NCBI RefSeq assembly: GCF_001194135.2
Contig: NC_068981.1
Location: 192,713,999 to 192,777,998, forward strand
From: Octopus bimaculoides
Taxonomy: Eukaryota
Reading direction: 5' to 3'
Length of the DNA: 64,000 nucleotides
The notes under the pieces are model-generated. The model saw only the letters and a list, made by a program, of their open reading frames with translations. It searched no databases and was not told the DNA's origin. How positions within the stretch are numbered: the stretch's first letter is position 1; the number at the start of each line of letters is the position of its first letter. A program made the position numbers and the translations under genes. Of this stretch, positions 13,386-26,932 are shown one piece after another.

Positions 13386-15433
13386 TATATGCTCATGTGG
13401 TTACCCTAGTTTAACCCTGCTTGAATGAACTTCCTACCCTCTTGAACTTGCATCTTAACTACTTTCTGAACTTTTGGTACCTCTCCTCATTCACATACCA
13501 GCACTCCACTCGGATTACCACTGGATCTTTGTACTCTTTTGGACTCTATCTTCACGGATTTCACTGACTATTTTCATTGATATATATATATATATATATA
13601 TATATANNNNNNNNNNNNNNNNNNNNNNNNNNNNNNNNNNNNNNNNNNNNNNNNNNNNNNNNNNNNNNNNNNNNNNNNNNNNNNNNNNNNNNNNNNNNNN
13701 NNNNNNNNNNNNNNNNNNNNNNNNNNNNNNNNNNNNNNNNNNNNNNNNNNNNNNNNNNNNNNNNNNNNNNNNNNNNNNNNNNNNNNNNNNNNNNNNNNNN
13801 NNNNNNNNNNNNNTATATACTTACTTGGGAAAGGATGCGTGGTGTTCGATCATATAATAATATAAATGATATATAAACATATGCATATATCCATACATAT
13901 ATGTACATTCCTACATCTATATGTATACATACATGCATATATGGGTACAGGACATCACAAAAAAAACGTTAAAACACAATGAGAAACGAAAACAGAAAAC
14001 AAACTTTTTTCGAACAACTAAAAGAAACAGAGGAATGAGACATACAACATAAAGAGTATAACCCTTCATCAGTTGTCCCTGTTCCATCTACTCCACATAT
14101 ATATATATAGGGGGAGAATTCACAAAGAAAAACAAAAGACGAAGACAGGTGGTATAGACAACAAACAGATGTTTTAGTATAACACTCAGTTATCCGTATA
14201 TATATGACAAAAGGGATATCTATGATTTGTTTTCTGTTTTAAGAAAATCAAGATGTAATGCATGCAGCAGTAATTGACCGGAAGAGAATAAATAGCAAAA
14301 GTTGATTGGCAGTTGAAAGCCATAAAGTATTAACTTGATATAGATGAAAATAAGACATAAAACTAATTGATGACCTTGTTGAAGTAAAACCAGGATTGAG
14401 TAGAAGTATCTGGAGTTTATTTTCTTGAAGCTAATAGCATGGTTAATTGCATTTAAACATGGCTGAGGCTTTTTGACTTGGTAGAATTACCTATTTTTGT
14501 GGTTTAATGGCAGACTGGCCAACATAGTGTCATTGTATTAGATTAGGTGTGAGGAATTAACTAGCATGCTCTTAGACTATTTAATACACAGTTGCCAGAG
14601 ATAATACTCTTATTTGTTCTTTTCGATTAAAAATTGGAGAAGAAATTACACAGACCAAACAGATGTTTCTTCGGCTCAAACGTGAAAATAAATGACACAC
14701 ACACCTGCTGGATTGTGCTTGTGTTAACAAATAAAATATCCGACTGAGACTTCTACAGAAGTAAACTAATGTATTGATCTAATACCGAGGCCAAATATAT
14801 TCCATTCATTGATCATGAAAAATAAATGATGTGAGGGCATTTATTATGTGTGCTGTGAGGATTATATGAAGCTGTAAATGTAACACAATTGTGTGCTATT
14901 TCCTGTGAATGGAGAACCTGTTGTTGCTATTATTAGATTAATGCCAGTTTTCCATACCAGATACAGAAATATTTTCCTTCCGACTGTTATGGGTTTGGGT
15001 GCTGGCATGGCTGTGTGGTCAAGAAGTTTGCTTTCTTACTATGCGGTTTTGGGTTCAGTCTCATTGCATGATATCTTAGGTAAGCATCTTCTACTATAGC
15101 CCTGATCCAGCCAAAGATTTGTGAGTGCATTTGGTTGAGGAAACTGAAAAAAAAAACTCATCATATATATATATATATATATATATGCTGAGGAAGCTGA
15201 GGCTATTTTGCCACTGCAGAAACCTGTTCACTTGAGTCCAAATACTTGAATGTATGTTAGATGATTGTCTTAGCCTTTTTGCCTTCGGCTGGTTGATTTC
15301 TGTAGTTATTATCTGTGTATTTTGGCATTTTAAATAAGAGTTTTGACTGTTATTTCCAGCAAGTAGTCATACTTAGTATGTCCTTTGGTTANNNNNNNNN
15401 NNNNNNNNNNNNNNNNNNNNATATATATATATA

Positions 15434-15552
15434 TAGGGTGTCCACAAGGTCTGGGTACATGGAGTAAATAAAATCAACAATTGAATATAAAAAATTATAA
15501 TTTCTTAAAGTATGTGTTAATCCCTATGTACCCAGACTTTGTGGACACCCTG
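15434..15552. mobile_element. Tc1/mariner-type MITE, 119 bp
   Basis: 27-bp TIRs tagggtgtccacaaggtctgggtacat / atgtacccagactttgtggacaccctg; TA on both sides, inside a (TA)n tract. Confidence 0.85.
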
Positions 15553-16233
15553 TATATATATAAATTTTTCCCCAAAATAATTAGCCTATAGGATTTTAAT
15601 GTACTCACCCTTCATGTATTTGGATTCATCTTAAAATACTTATATATATATATAGCGTCATAATTTATCTTAACCTGTAACTTTAATTCTAATTATATCA
15701 TCCGCACGAACAGTATGGTTCGACACAGCATTTGTTTTTTTTTAAATTCTCAAATCTTCCATGTCTTTTAAAATTTTCAAATTTTGACAACCCTTTAACT
15801 CTTTTAACTCTGAGAGAAGTATAGATGACTGCTATAGTTGGAATAAACTCGCCCATACCAACCCATATCTTCCCCAAACAGCTGTCTGACTTTGCACTTA
15901 TTCAGGATTCCTCTTAAAATCATTTCATATTAACTTTCTCATCTACCCTCCTCATTGATTCTAATATGAACATTCAACCTCGCAAGTACATTTATATATT
16001 TATATATTTGTAAATTTTTTTTTATATATTTATGAATTTTTATATACTTATAAATTCATGAATGCACCTATGTATATTGAGGAGAATTCCGACAATTTGA
16101 AATGGATTGAGTGAATATGAACACTGACCTTTGAAATTTGTTCTCTCTTAATTTTATAATCCTGAAGCTCTGCCAGAGTGCTAATTAGTTGTGCTGTATA
16201 AATTGGATAATTATACCATTTACTTCTTCATTT

Positions 16234-16279
<46 letters not shown>

Positions 16280-17542
16280 ATCATCATTTAATGTCCACTT
16301 TTCCATGCTTGCATAGGTTGAATGGAATTTATTGAGACAAATTTTTATGGCTGGATGCCCTTCCATTGCCAACCCTCACTTGTTTCCAAGTTAGTTAGTA
16401 TTTCCTTGTGGCCAGACATGTTTTCAATGGAAGACTGAAAATGAACAACATCGAACACAGGAGAGTGATGTTTGTTAACGACCCTCACATGATGTCAAGA
16501 CAAGAATACATACACGCTCATACACATATGACGGGCTCCTTTCAGTTTCCATCTATCAAATCCTTTTACAAAGCTTTAGTAGAAGACACTTATCCATGGT
16601 GCTATGCAAAGGGATTGAACTCGAGACTGCATCAAGCTTTCTTAACCACGCAGTCAGGCTTGCACATATATATGTGTGTGTGTGTATTGTGTGGGGTCGT
16701 ATCTCTTTGTCTTAACATGATGTGGTAGTTGTCAGCAAATGCCACTGTCTTACTTCAGTGTCATTTGTTTGCAATCTTCTACAAAAACATGGCCAGCCAT
16801 TGTGTTGCTTGTGTTTGAAGGATTGGAAGGGGGAAAATATTCTTTTCTATTCAAGGCACAAGGTCCAGAATTTTTGGGGAAGGGGCCAGTCGATTAGATT
16901 GACCCCAGTATACAATTGGTACTTAATTTATCGACCCTGAAAGGATGAAAGGCAAAGTTGACCTCGGTGGAATTTGAACTCAGAACATAAAGACAGATGA
17001 AATACCACTAAGCATTTCGTCTGGCATGCTAATGTTTCATATTTCTTATTTCTTTATTGCCCACAAGGGGCTAAACATAGAGGGGACAAACAAGGACAGA
17101 CAAAGGGATTAAGTCGATTACATTGACACCAGTACACAACTAGTACTTAATTTATCGACCCTGAGAGGATGAAAGGCAAAGTCGACCTTGGCGGAATTTG
17201 AACTCAGAAGAACGTAACGGCAGACAAAATACCGCTAAGCATTTCGCCCGACGTGCTAACGTTTCTGCCAGCTCGCTGCCTTATTGGAGGAAAATATTTA
17301 CTTACTTTGGAACAGATGGGGGTTGGTGACAAGAAGGAAGTCTGCCTCGTTGAATTTTATCTGAACAAAATGCAAGCATGGAAAAGTTGAAGCTCAAGTG
17401 ATGATGATGCAGTGTGATTTACTAAAAATGACCTCAGCCTTTTGAGACTTAAGAGGGTTTCTTTTTTTGTTAAAGTTTGCTGTGTTTTGGTGTAATATTT
17501 GATGACCTACTTTTCTAGAGATGTTACTTTCCTTACAGTTTG

Positions 17543-17601
17543 AAGAGTCATGAAAAGTCATTTCAAGAGTCATGAAAAGTCATTTCAAGAGTCATGAAAA
17601 G
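17543..17601. repeat. 22-bp tandem repeat, about 2.7 copies (AAGAGTCATGAAAAGTCATTTC)
   Basis: Units start at 17543, 17565 and 17587. Confidence 0.9.
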
Positions 17602-18477
17602 CACCAATTAAATTTAGTGACCAAGGGTGGCAGACACTTGACAATATTAAAGAATGTGTTTTACAAGTTTTAACATTCCACTTCCATTGAATTCCCTTTG
17701 AAGTGTTAAAGCTATGGTGTTTGCTATGACTTCATCATCATCATCACCCATTTTCCATGCTGGCTTGGGTTGGACATAATGACAGGAGCTGGCAAGCCAG
17801 AGGGTTGCACCAGTCTCCAGTCGTCTGTTTTAGCTTGATTTCTATGGCTGGATGCCCTTCCTAATATTCGCCAAGCAAAGGCGGCTAACTGGCAGAAATG
17901 ATAGCATGGTGGGCGAAATGCTTAGTGGTATTTCCTTGTCTTTGCATTCTGAGTTCAAATTCTGCCGAGGTCTACTTTGCCTTGCATCCTTTCGGGGTCG
18001 ATAAATTAAGTACCAGTTGCGTACTGGAGTCGATCTAATTGACTGGCCCCCTCCCCAAAACATTTCAGGCCTTGTGCCTGGAGTAGAAAAGAATATTTGC
18101 CAAACAGGCAACAGCTGGTAGAATAATTAGAATGCTGGGCAAAATGCTGCAAAGCATTTTGTCCAGCTTTACATTCTGAGTTCAAATTCTGCTGAAGTCA
18201 ACTTCACCTTTCATTCTTCAGGGGTCACTAAAACAAGTACCAGTTGAACACTGGGGACAATGTAATTGGTTTATGCCCTCCCCACAAAACTGCTGGCCTT
18301 GTGTTAAAATTTGAAACCGATATTTGCCAAATGGATGCTCTTTTTGGATGTAGTTATTGAATTTTAATTCTTAAAAAGACCCCCAACCATGTCGTGGTTT
18401 AGACTAGTTTCATGCTGATTGAGTAGACCTCTAACCAAAGGTGTTCCAACTCTCTTCTTCCTCATCATCATCATTCA

Positions 18478-18700
18478 ACTCTTTAGCATTTAAGCCATCC
18501 ATCACCGGCCAAAGTATTCTGCCTGTTTTATGCTCAAACTGGTCAGATCTCACCTCTCATACCAATCCTACAATACCATTATAGAAATTAAGTTACATCA
18601 TCAAAATGTCAAGACCATGAGATAACGCATAATTAATTCAAACCAATGTGAATAAATAAACATTACCTTTGACAGAATAATGTGAATGCTAAAGGGTTAA
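18478..18700. mobile_element. Second piggyBac-like MITE family; partial copies at about 9768-9980, 43035-43175, 46620-46820
   Basis: ctttagcatt...aatgctaaagggttaa inverted ends and a shared internal sequence. Confidence 0.65.
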
Positions 18701-21626
18701 TATGCATCTTCTATGCTGGCATGGGTTAGACAGTCGGATAGGATTTACTGAGCCAGCACAAGTGAGGTCATTGTGTGACTTGCAAGACAAAGGAAAAACT
18801 TAAGAGGGATGTGGCTTTGTACTTGGTGTTGAGAGGCTAAAGTATGATTGAGGGGACAGGCTATAGAGGAGATTCATAGCTACCCTCCACTATATTATAT
18901 AAGGGTGGGTAGGAGTAGCTAGAAAGAAGAGAATGATGGTGGTGATGAGGTGTCAGAAAGTAGTCTCAAGATAGAAGAGGGTGAACATAGAAGAGAATAT
19001 GGACAAAGAATTAGGAAGAGTGGCTGGCTATGCTCATTAGAGTAGGAGAAGAGAATGAAAGATGTTTAGAGATGGGGCAGAGGTGAAGAATTTTAGGGCT
19101 ATTTAAAACTGCAGTATGTAATGTCTCCTTTCTTTAAGATGACAGTGAGTAATTCGAGGGCTATTTAACTGTTATTTATAGCAGGTTGAGATACTACATA
19201 GGGGTCCCTTCATGTAATTATTTTTCTCATCTGACAGTATTTGCAACAAATTTTTCTTTTTCTTTCTCTCTCCTATAGTAATTAAATTGATATTTTAATT
19301 AAAGCATCAGTTTACAGTGATGTGGAATAAAATTTAAACATTTCATATTGAGTTGCTATGGACGTTAATGTCCTGCATTTTAAACAGGCAGATGGACTAA
19401 GACAGCAATTAACTGTAAACTCAGCCAGACAAAACTGTTGTCAGAAAAATAAAGAGAAAAAAAATCTTTAAAATGTTTACCACCAGATTTATTCAGATTG
19501 TTTAATGTTGTTTTACAAACTACAAATTCTCCTTCTCTAGAAATAATTTGAAATTATGGAAGTAATTTCTAAAAGAGGTGTTTTTTTTTCTACAAGCTTG
19601 TCCAGATATTGGAAAGACAGATGTTTAACTAAATGGTAATAGTGATGTTGGTGGTGATTCCGTTAGGAAGGGCATTCAACCATAGAAACCATTCCAAATC
19701 AGACTGGTGAGCCCCTTAGCTTACCAGCTCTGGTCAAACTGTCCAACCCCTGCCAGCATGGATAACGGATGTTAAATGATGACGAGGATGATAATGTGTA
19801 TTTCCATGTGTGGATGCTAGAAAAAGGCAGTAAAGTGAGAAAGATATTTATGTCACTAAAGAAAGCTAACTCTCTAAAATAGGTGAACTGAACTGTTCCA
19901 TAGGAAGAACTTATTTTATTGATCTTTTAGCACTATGGTCAAATAATTGGTTACAACTTGACAGCATTGCTCCTGTATAGCCACTGGCTAGTGCCTGACA
20001 CCAGTAAATGTGTATACAGCTAGAAGCTTCCACACATGTGCGAGCGTGCACGTGTGTGTAGGTTTTACTGACTCTTTGCTTTGGCACTGCAAGGTAGTTG
20101 TAAATGAGTGTTAATGTCATGCAAGCAGCATCCTTCATTATCAATCTTTCATGAAAATATGTCTGACCCTGGAGAGAGATTATTTTACTTGGAAGCAGGT
20201 GAGGGTTGGTAACAGGAAGGGCATCTGGCCGTAGAGAATCTACCTCAACGAATTCCACCTGACCTATGCAGACATGGAAAGATGGATGTTAAAATGATTC
20301 ATCATCATCATCATTGTCATCATTTAAGGTCTGCATTCCAGGCTGGCATGGGGATAATTATGTTAGTGAATATACCAGGTGAATGTAGTCTTTGTTGGAG
20401 AGGACAATCTGCCGTTTGTTTTAAAGGCCCTTATATTGGTGCTAATTTGGTGGTATGGTAGGTAATATATTGGTATTAATTCAAGGTTGTGAACTGGCAG
20501 AATCGTTAACACATTGGGCAAAAATGCTTACTGGCATTTTGTCTGTCTTTATGTTCTGAGTTCAAATTGCACCAAGGTTGACCTGACCTTTCATCCTTTC
20601 AGGGTCAATAAACTAAGTACCAGTTGAACTCTTGGGTCAACGTAATCGAGTTACCTCCTCCCCCGCAATTGCTGGCTTTGTTCCAGAATTTTAAATCAAT
20701 ATATTGGTGTTAATTTGCTGGTATGGTATTTGCCCAGAACTGATGATATTAACCAGAGATGAACCAAGAAAGAAATAAGGCAAGCTGAAGTTGATGTAAA
20801 GTGACAAAAGGTTTAATGTATACTCAGGTATATGCAACTCTATTATCAATATATTATTACTACAGCTACTTGTTATTACTACTACATCTAGTTCTAAAGG
20901 AAGTATTGATTCTGTTTTTCTAACAGACCAGCCATGATTCAGAAGAATTTCTCCCATCTTAATAATCTTTTACTTTGAATGAAGTTATGTTTTGTAATGG
21001 AGAATAAATCTAAATTGATTTTTTTCCTTTGTATTTGGTTTTCAAGATTCTTCATGTGTTGACATAGAATTTGTTGTACCTTGAGAGGTCATTGCATCAG
21101 TAAAACACACACACACACACTTGTTTCACTTTTTCTATTTAGTTGATTAATAATAATAATCCTTTCTACTGGAAGCACAAGGCCTCAAATTTGGGGGTAT
21201 GGATTAAGTCGACCTCATCGATCCCAGTGCACAACTGGTATTTAGCTAATCGACCCTGAAAGGATGAAAGGCATAGTTGACCTCAGCGGAATTTGAACTC
21301 AAAACATAAGCATTTTTCCCAGTATGCTAGTTATCTTGCCAGTTCATTGTCTTACTAATAGTAATAATAACAATAATAATAATACTGGTTTTAAATTTTG
21401 CCACAAGGGCAGCAATTTTGGGGGAGGGGATGAGCAAATTACATTGAACCCCAGTGTTCAACTGGTACTTATTTTATTGATCCCAAAAGGATGACAGGTT
21501 AAGTTGACATCAGCAGAATTTGAACTCAGAACCTGGCGTCATATGAATGAGAAAGGAAGGGGGTGATAGATGAATAACGAAGGAGGGAGTGAAAAAGCTG
21601 ATAAATGGCGTTTGAAGTGTGTGTGT

Positions 21627-21697
<71 letters not shown>

Positions 21698-21824
21698 AAT
21701 GGAAATGAGAAAATGAGATGGTAATGTTCAACGCTGAAAATATGTGGATGTATGTGTATGTGTGTGCATGTACAAGAAAACTATGAAACTACATATGTAA
21801 GGTAAAAAAAAAATCAGAAAAATA

Positions 21825-22010
21825 ATCCAGAATCCTTGTCTGGTACCTCAATCCCAAATTCTAATGAGATTGTGCCAGTCATGAGGCCAAACATCCCTGA
21901 CAGTTTCATCCGAATCCATCCAGCGGTTCTTGAGATATCTTGTCCACGGACAAACAAATAAACGTGACTGAAAACAATACCTCTGCCTTCGGTAAGGCGG
22001 CGGTAACAAT
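21825..22010 (+). mobile_element. Possible non-autonomous Helitron/Helentron-type 3' end
   Basis: ...cagcggttcttgagatatcttgtccacggacaaac...aaaacaatacctctgccttcggtaaggcggcggtaa with a GC-rich subterminal hairpin. Confidence 0.4.
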
Positions 22011-22529
22011 GATTCTATTATGGGCACAAGACCAGTAATTTAAGGGGAGGGGTAAAGTCAAATACTTCAATCTCAGTGACTGACTGGTATTTTATTTTAT
22101 CAACCTCAAAAGGGTGAAAGGCAACAGCTGCGGTAAGTTACTAGGATTTGAACCTACATATCTCTGTTTAATGCGTCACTTTAAATAACTTCAACTGAAG
22201 AATATTGATACATATGTGACTGTTTTTACCTGTTGTCAGAAGCAGCTGTGCTGGTGCCATGTAAAAAGCACTCAGTGCCCTCTGTAAAGTGGTTGGCATT
22301 AGGAAGGGCATCCAGCTGTAGAAGCTGTGCTAAAGCAGACAACCAGATCCTAGTGCAACTCTCTGATCTTGTCAACTACTGGCCTTGCCAGTTCCTGCCA
22401 AACTGTCCAACCCATGCCAGCTTGGAAAACAGACATTAAATGACGAAGAATGTGAAACAAAATACAATGAAAGTATGGTTTTTTTTGATATATGGCTCTG
22501 AGTTTGCAATCCTGTCAATAATAATAATG

Positions 22530-22698
22530 GTATTTTTATATAAGCATAAAGCTTATGGTGGTCACCATGCAATGACTAAGGAAAATAGGAGGCATAGACT
22601 TCTTTTTTCTGTTGAGGGCTTCTATGCCCCCTTATTAGACTATTTTCCTTAGTCATTGCACGGTGAATGCCATAAGCTTTAAGTGTATATAAAAATAC
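22530..22698. mobile_element. Fold-back MITE with about 58-bp arms
   Basis: gtatttttatataagcataaagcttatggtggtcaccatgcaatgactaaggaaaatag / ctattttccttagtcattgcacggtgaatgccataagctttaagtgtatataaaaatac. Confidence 0.8.
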
Positions 22699-23264
22699 AA
22701 TAAAAGTAGCAGAGTACAAGGAGGTTAAGTTTTCTGTCAGAGGACAGTGGATATAAAAATCTATTTTTTTTAAAGATCATCAATACTAATACTTTATCTT
22801 CAAGGAAGGAAAATCTTAAAGGTGAAAAAAACAAAAAAAAACTTTAAAAATTTACTTCCCCTTATTATCAATGGGGGGTGGGGAATTAGTCATGATATGG
22901 TTGAATGTTATCATTTACATATATTTACCAGGCCAAACACTCACTCATTATATTTGGAATAATTTTTACAGGTTTTCTTTTCTATAATATTTGGCCAATT
23001 GTGCTGCAGAGTTAAGTGTATTACAAAAACTCTCATCTGTGTCTTGCTGAATTAAAAGGTGGGAGGACCAAGAGGATGTCTGTCTGCCCAAGGCTATATA
23101 TCATCATCATCATCATACATCCATTGTTCATGGTTACATGGGTTGGATGGTTTGAGAGGACCTGGCAAAGTCAGGATCTACCTCAGGTTCCAGAGTCTGT
23201 TTTGTCATGGTTTCTATGGCTGGATGCCTTTTGTAATACCAACATTTTAAGCATGTACTGGGTG

Positions 23265-23995
23265 TTTTTTATTTGGCACCAGTGGTTTTTATGTGACACC
23301 ACTATTTTTTTTATTTGGCACTAGTGTTTTTTCATGTGGCACCAGTGTTTTTTTATTTGGCACCAGTGCTTTTTACGTGGTGCCAGTGTTTTTTACGTGG
23401 CACCAGTGCTTTTTACGTGGTGCCAGCGCTTTTTATGTAGCGCCAGTGGTTTTAATGTGGTGCCAGTGCTTTTTAAGTGGCACCAGTGCTTTTTATGTGG
23501 CGCCAGTGCTTTTTACGTGGTGCCAGTGCTTTTTACGTGGTGCCAATGCTTTTTACGTGGTGCCAGTGCTTTTTATGTGGCACCAGTGGTTTTTATGTGG
23601 CGCCAGTGCTTTTTACGTGGTGCCAGTGCTTTTTACGTGGTGCCAGTGATTTTTATGTGGTGCCAGTGGTTTTTATGTGGTGCCAGTGGTTTTTACGTGG
23701 TGCCAGTGCTTTTTACGTGGTGCCAGTGCTTTTTACGTGGCGCCAGTGGTTTTTACGTGGTGCCAGTGGTTTTTATGTGGTGCCAGTGCTTTTTACGTGG
23801 TGCCAGTGCTTTTTACGTGGCGCCATTACTTTTTACGTGGCGCCAGTACTTTTTACGTGGTGCCAGTGCTTTTTATGTGGCGCCAGTGGTTTTTACGTGG
23901 TGCCAGTGGTTTTTATGTGGCGCCAGTGGATTTTACGTGGTGCCAGTGGTTTTTACATGGTGCCAGTTGTTTTTATGTAACACCAGCACCAGTGC
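23265..23995. repeat. 20-bp minisatellite, about 36 units (consensus TGCCAGTGCTTTTTACGTGG)
   Basis: Units align in register on the 60-nt lines; continuous with a family-C SINE beginning at about 23100. Confidence 0.97.
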
Positions 23996-25802
23996 TTTTT
24001 ATGTGTCAAGGTCATCTAGGCTCCTAAAACAACTAGTGAAAATATGATATATGCTACCAGGTCATGCTCACCTGCAAGCAATAGCAAATATTAATAATAA
24101 TAATTGCTTAACCATTGTCTTCATTTAACGCCTGTCTTCCATACAATCATGAGTCAACTAGTTCGAGACGATCTGACAAGCTTGACGACTGTGTTGGGCT
24201 CCAGTGTCTGCTTTGACATGGCTTCTACATCTGGACACTATTCCTCATGCCAACCACTTTAGTGAGTCATTTTAAAGTTTATCTCTACAGTTTCTCTATA
24301 GAACTCAGAGCCAGCACTAAGTTGTGCCATTTCATATACAAATATGTTTATGTGAACAATGTAATTGAGAATTAAAAAAAAGCAGGTAATGGGTGTGTAT
24401 GCATATTTCAGGTGTTATTTCTTGTTCACGAGTGTCTAAGGTGTTTTTTGTGTAACACTGGCACTAGTGAGATCACTAAGTAACTTACAAAACTAGAAGA
24501 AGCCACCTTAAGTGAGTGAGGGTGCGGTATTGAGAGATAGTGGTGCTTTTTGCCTGTTAAGAAAGCAAGGCTAAAGTTTGATAAAGAGACAGGAACAAAG
24601 TGTGTTGCTGGAGAGGAGATACATGGCTACCCTTACATTATATAAGGGTTGGTGAGAGTAGCTGGAAAGAGAATTAAAGATGATGGTGATATTAATGTAA
24701 GAAATGTTCACAGTAACTAAATATATAAAGCAATAAAATATAATTTTTACAATCCTGAGACAAAAAGTCTCATGATAAGCTGTCAACAGCAGTCATGTTG
24801 CCCTGTGTTGTTGTCAGGTCACAACGACATTGCACTTGTTACTTCAATATCTCCTGATTAGGGTTTAAATGGGTTACACCTACTTGATTTGCATTTGTAA
24901 AAACTAACACTTCTTTCCTTCAAGCTTAGATTAACCCCCCCCCNNNNNNNNNNNNNNNNNNNNNNNNNNNNNNNNNNNNNNNNNNNNNNNNNNNNNCGAA
25001 TCTAAGGATTCTCGCTCATCTGAACCATCACCATCAACAGGCGTGAAAGGGATTTTCTTTGTTCTGTCAAAAAAATGATAAATCATCTCCCTTTGATCTA
25101 CGACCTCAGTTATGTCAGGCAAAGTTCAAATGGACAGGAGCTGACCTATTTAGACACAATCTCTCCTGCAGTATGTCTGTCCTTCTAGCTGCCACGGCTC
25201 TTATAAATACCGTGGTCAGCAAAGGAACAGACAGAAAGATAGAGAGCGCGAGAAAGGTTCGGGATGCAGAGAGGTAAGAGAGAATCAGAAAGGCTCCGGA
25301 CGAAGAGACAATACATGAGATAGTCCACTACTTTCTCAGATGAACGACATGCACACAGACACAGAACATATTCAGTTCTAATACATCACATCCACAAATG
25401 TGCCCTGTTTTTATTCCTCTCAGCTCGTAGCAGTTGTAAACAAATACATGCAGTGAAGAATTGTGTATACCAACAAAAAATGCAAGTACAGTGAATAAAT
25501 TATTTAAACTATAAATTGATGTCATTCAATTATTTACTTTGAAGGCATCTACATGCCTATCACATCTGTTTACCTCAACATCTTCTGATACACTTTTAAC
25601 ACATTTACTGATCATCATTTTAGTGAAAGCAGACATTGGTGAGCTCCTTTCAAGGTGATTGGTGGTTCTAGTCATCAGTTCCACCAAAGTAGAAAGTGTA
25701 GAATGAATTTAGGATGAGGAATCTGCTCTGACAAATCCACTTTTGTGTGTTTGTGTTTTTTTATGAGTTTGTGTTATTAATATAATGAATTATAAGTTCT
25801 CT

Positions 25803-25835
<33 letters not shown>

Positions 25836-26873
25836 GATATCTGCTTTGTGGGTGAAAAAGTAGTGGGCTTGCTTTGTATCCCATAGGATTAAAGAGTTAC
25901 CCCAATGTGCTTTGTGTGTGGGTGTTTGTGTATTATATATTCTTTTATTTGTTTCAGACATTTGACTGCAGCCATGCTGGAGCAATGCCTTTAGTCAAGC
26001 AAATTGACCCCCAGGACTTATTCTCTCTTGCTGAACCGCTAAGTTACGGGGATGTAAACACACCAGCATTGGTTGTCAAGCGATGTTGGAGGGACAAACA
26101 CAGACACACAAACATATATACATGACGGGATTCTCTCAGTTTCCATTTACCAAATCCACTCACAAGGCTTTGGTCGGCCCGAGGCTATAGTAGAAGACAC
26201 TTGCCCAAGGTGCCACGCGGTGAGACTTAACCCAGAACCATGTGGTTGGTTAGCAAGCTACTTACCACACAGCCACTCCTGCGCCTATTGTAAATCATTT
26301 AGAAATACTTTTCAGTCTGATACAGAAAATGGTCTGTATTTGATTGGAGAGAGATATTTGTGTGTGATAAAGATTTTACAGATATTTTCCTATGTTGTAA
26401 ATTGTTCATATTTCCTCTGCCCATCACCACCACCTTTCTGCTGCTAATGTCATTTAGTTAACAACTGCTTTCAGTCTAGTTTGACACTAACTGAATGTCA
26501 AACCAGGAACCTGTTGGAAAGAAAATAAACAGAAAAGAAAGAAAAAGCAAAAACAAAGAAATAACAAACCATTTTCAGTGTTCTAGTTTCTAAATTATCT
26601 ATGCCGTTTTTTTGCTGATGTATTTATTTTTGGACTACATTCACCAGTGAATGCTTGCTTGCCTGATTCTGCTGAAACTTGTTGAAATTTTCCACTAGAT
26701 GTGTTAACACTAAGTTAGGAGGGTTAACAACAATCTGCTACTACTGTTGCTGCTGCTACTGCTACAGCTGTTGATGATGATAATGATTATGATGAACAGT
26801 TGACTAAGTTACACTTTCAACAATTCAGCAATGATACTTCAGACTTTAGTGCTGCTGCTGCTGCTTCTTGTTG

Positions 26874-26932
<59 letters not shown>

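Noticed and set aside
19352-19365. RFX X-box-like GTTGCTATGGACG
   Set aside because: The second half-site does not fit and there is no promoter context.
20927-21010. Possible terminal exon (TSHDSEEFLPS*) with a downstream AATAAA
   Set aside because: Only an acceptor-like motif and 11 codons; not distinguishable from chance.
23293-24047. Four overlapping ORFs up to 237 aa
   Set aside because: Produced by a stop-free 20-bp minisatellite read in all three frames; no splice or domain evidence.
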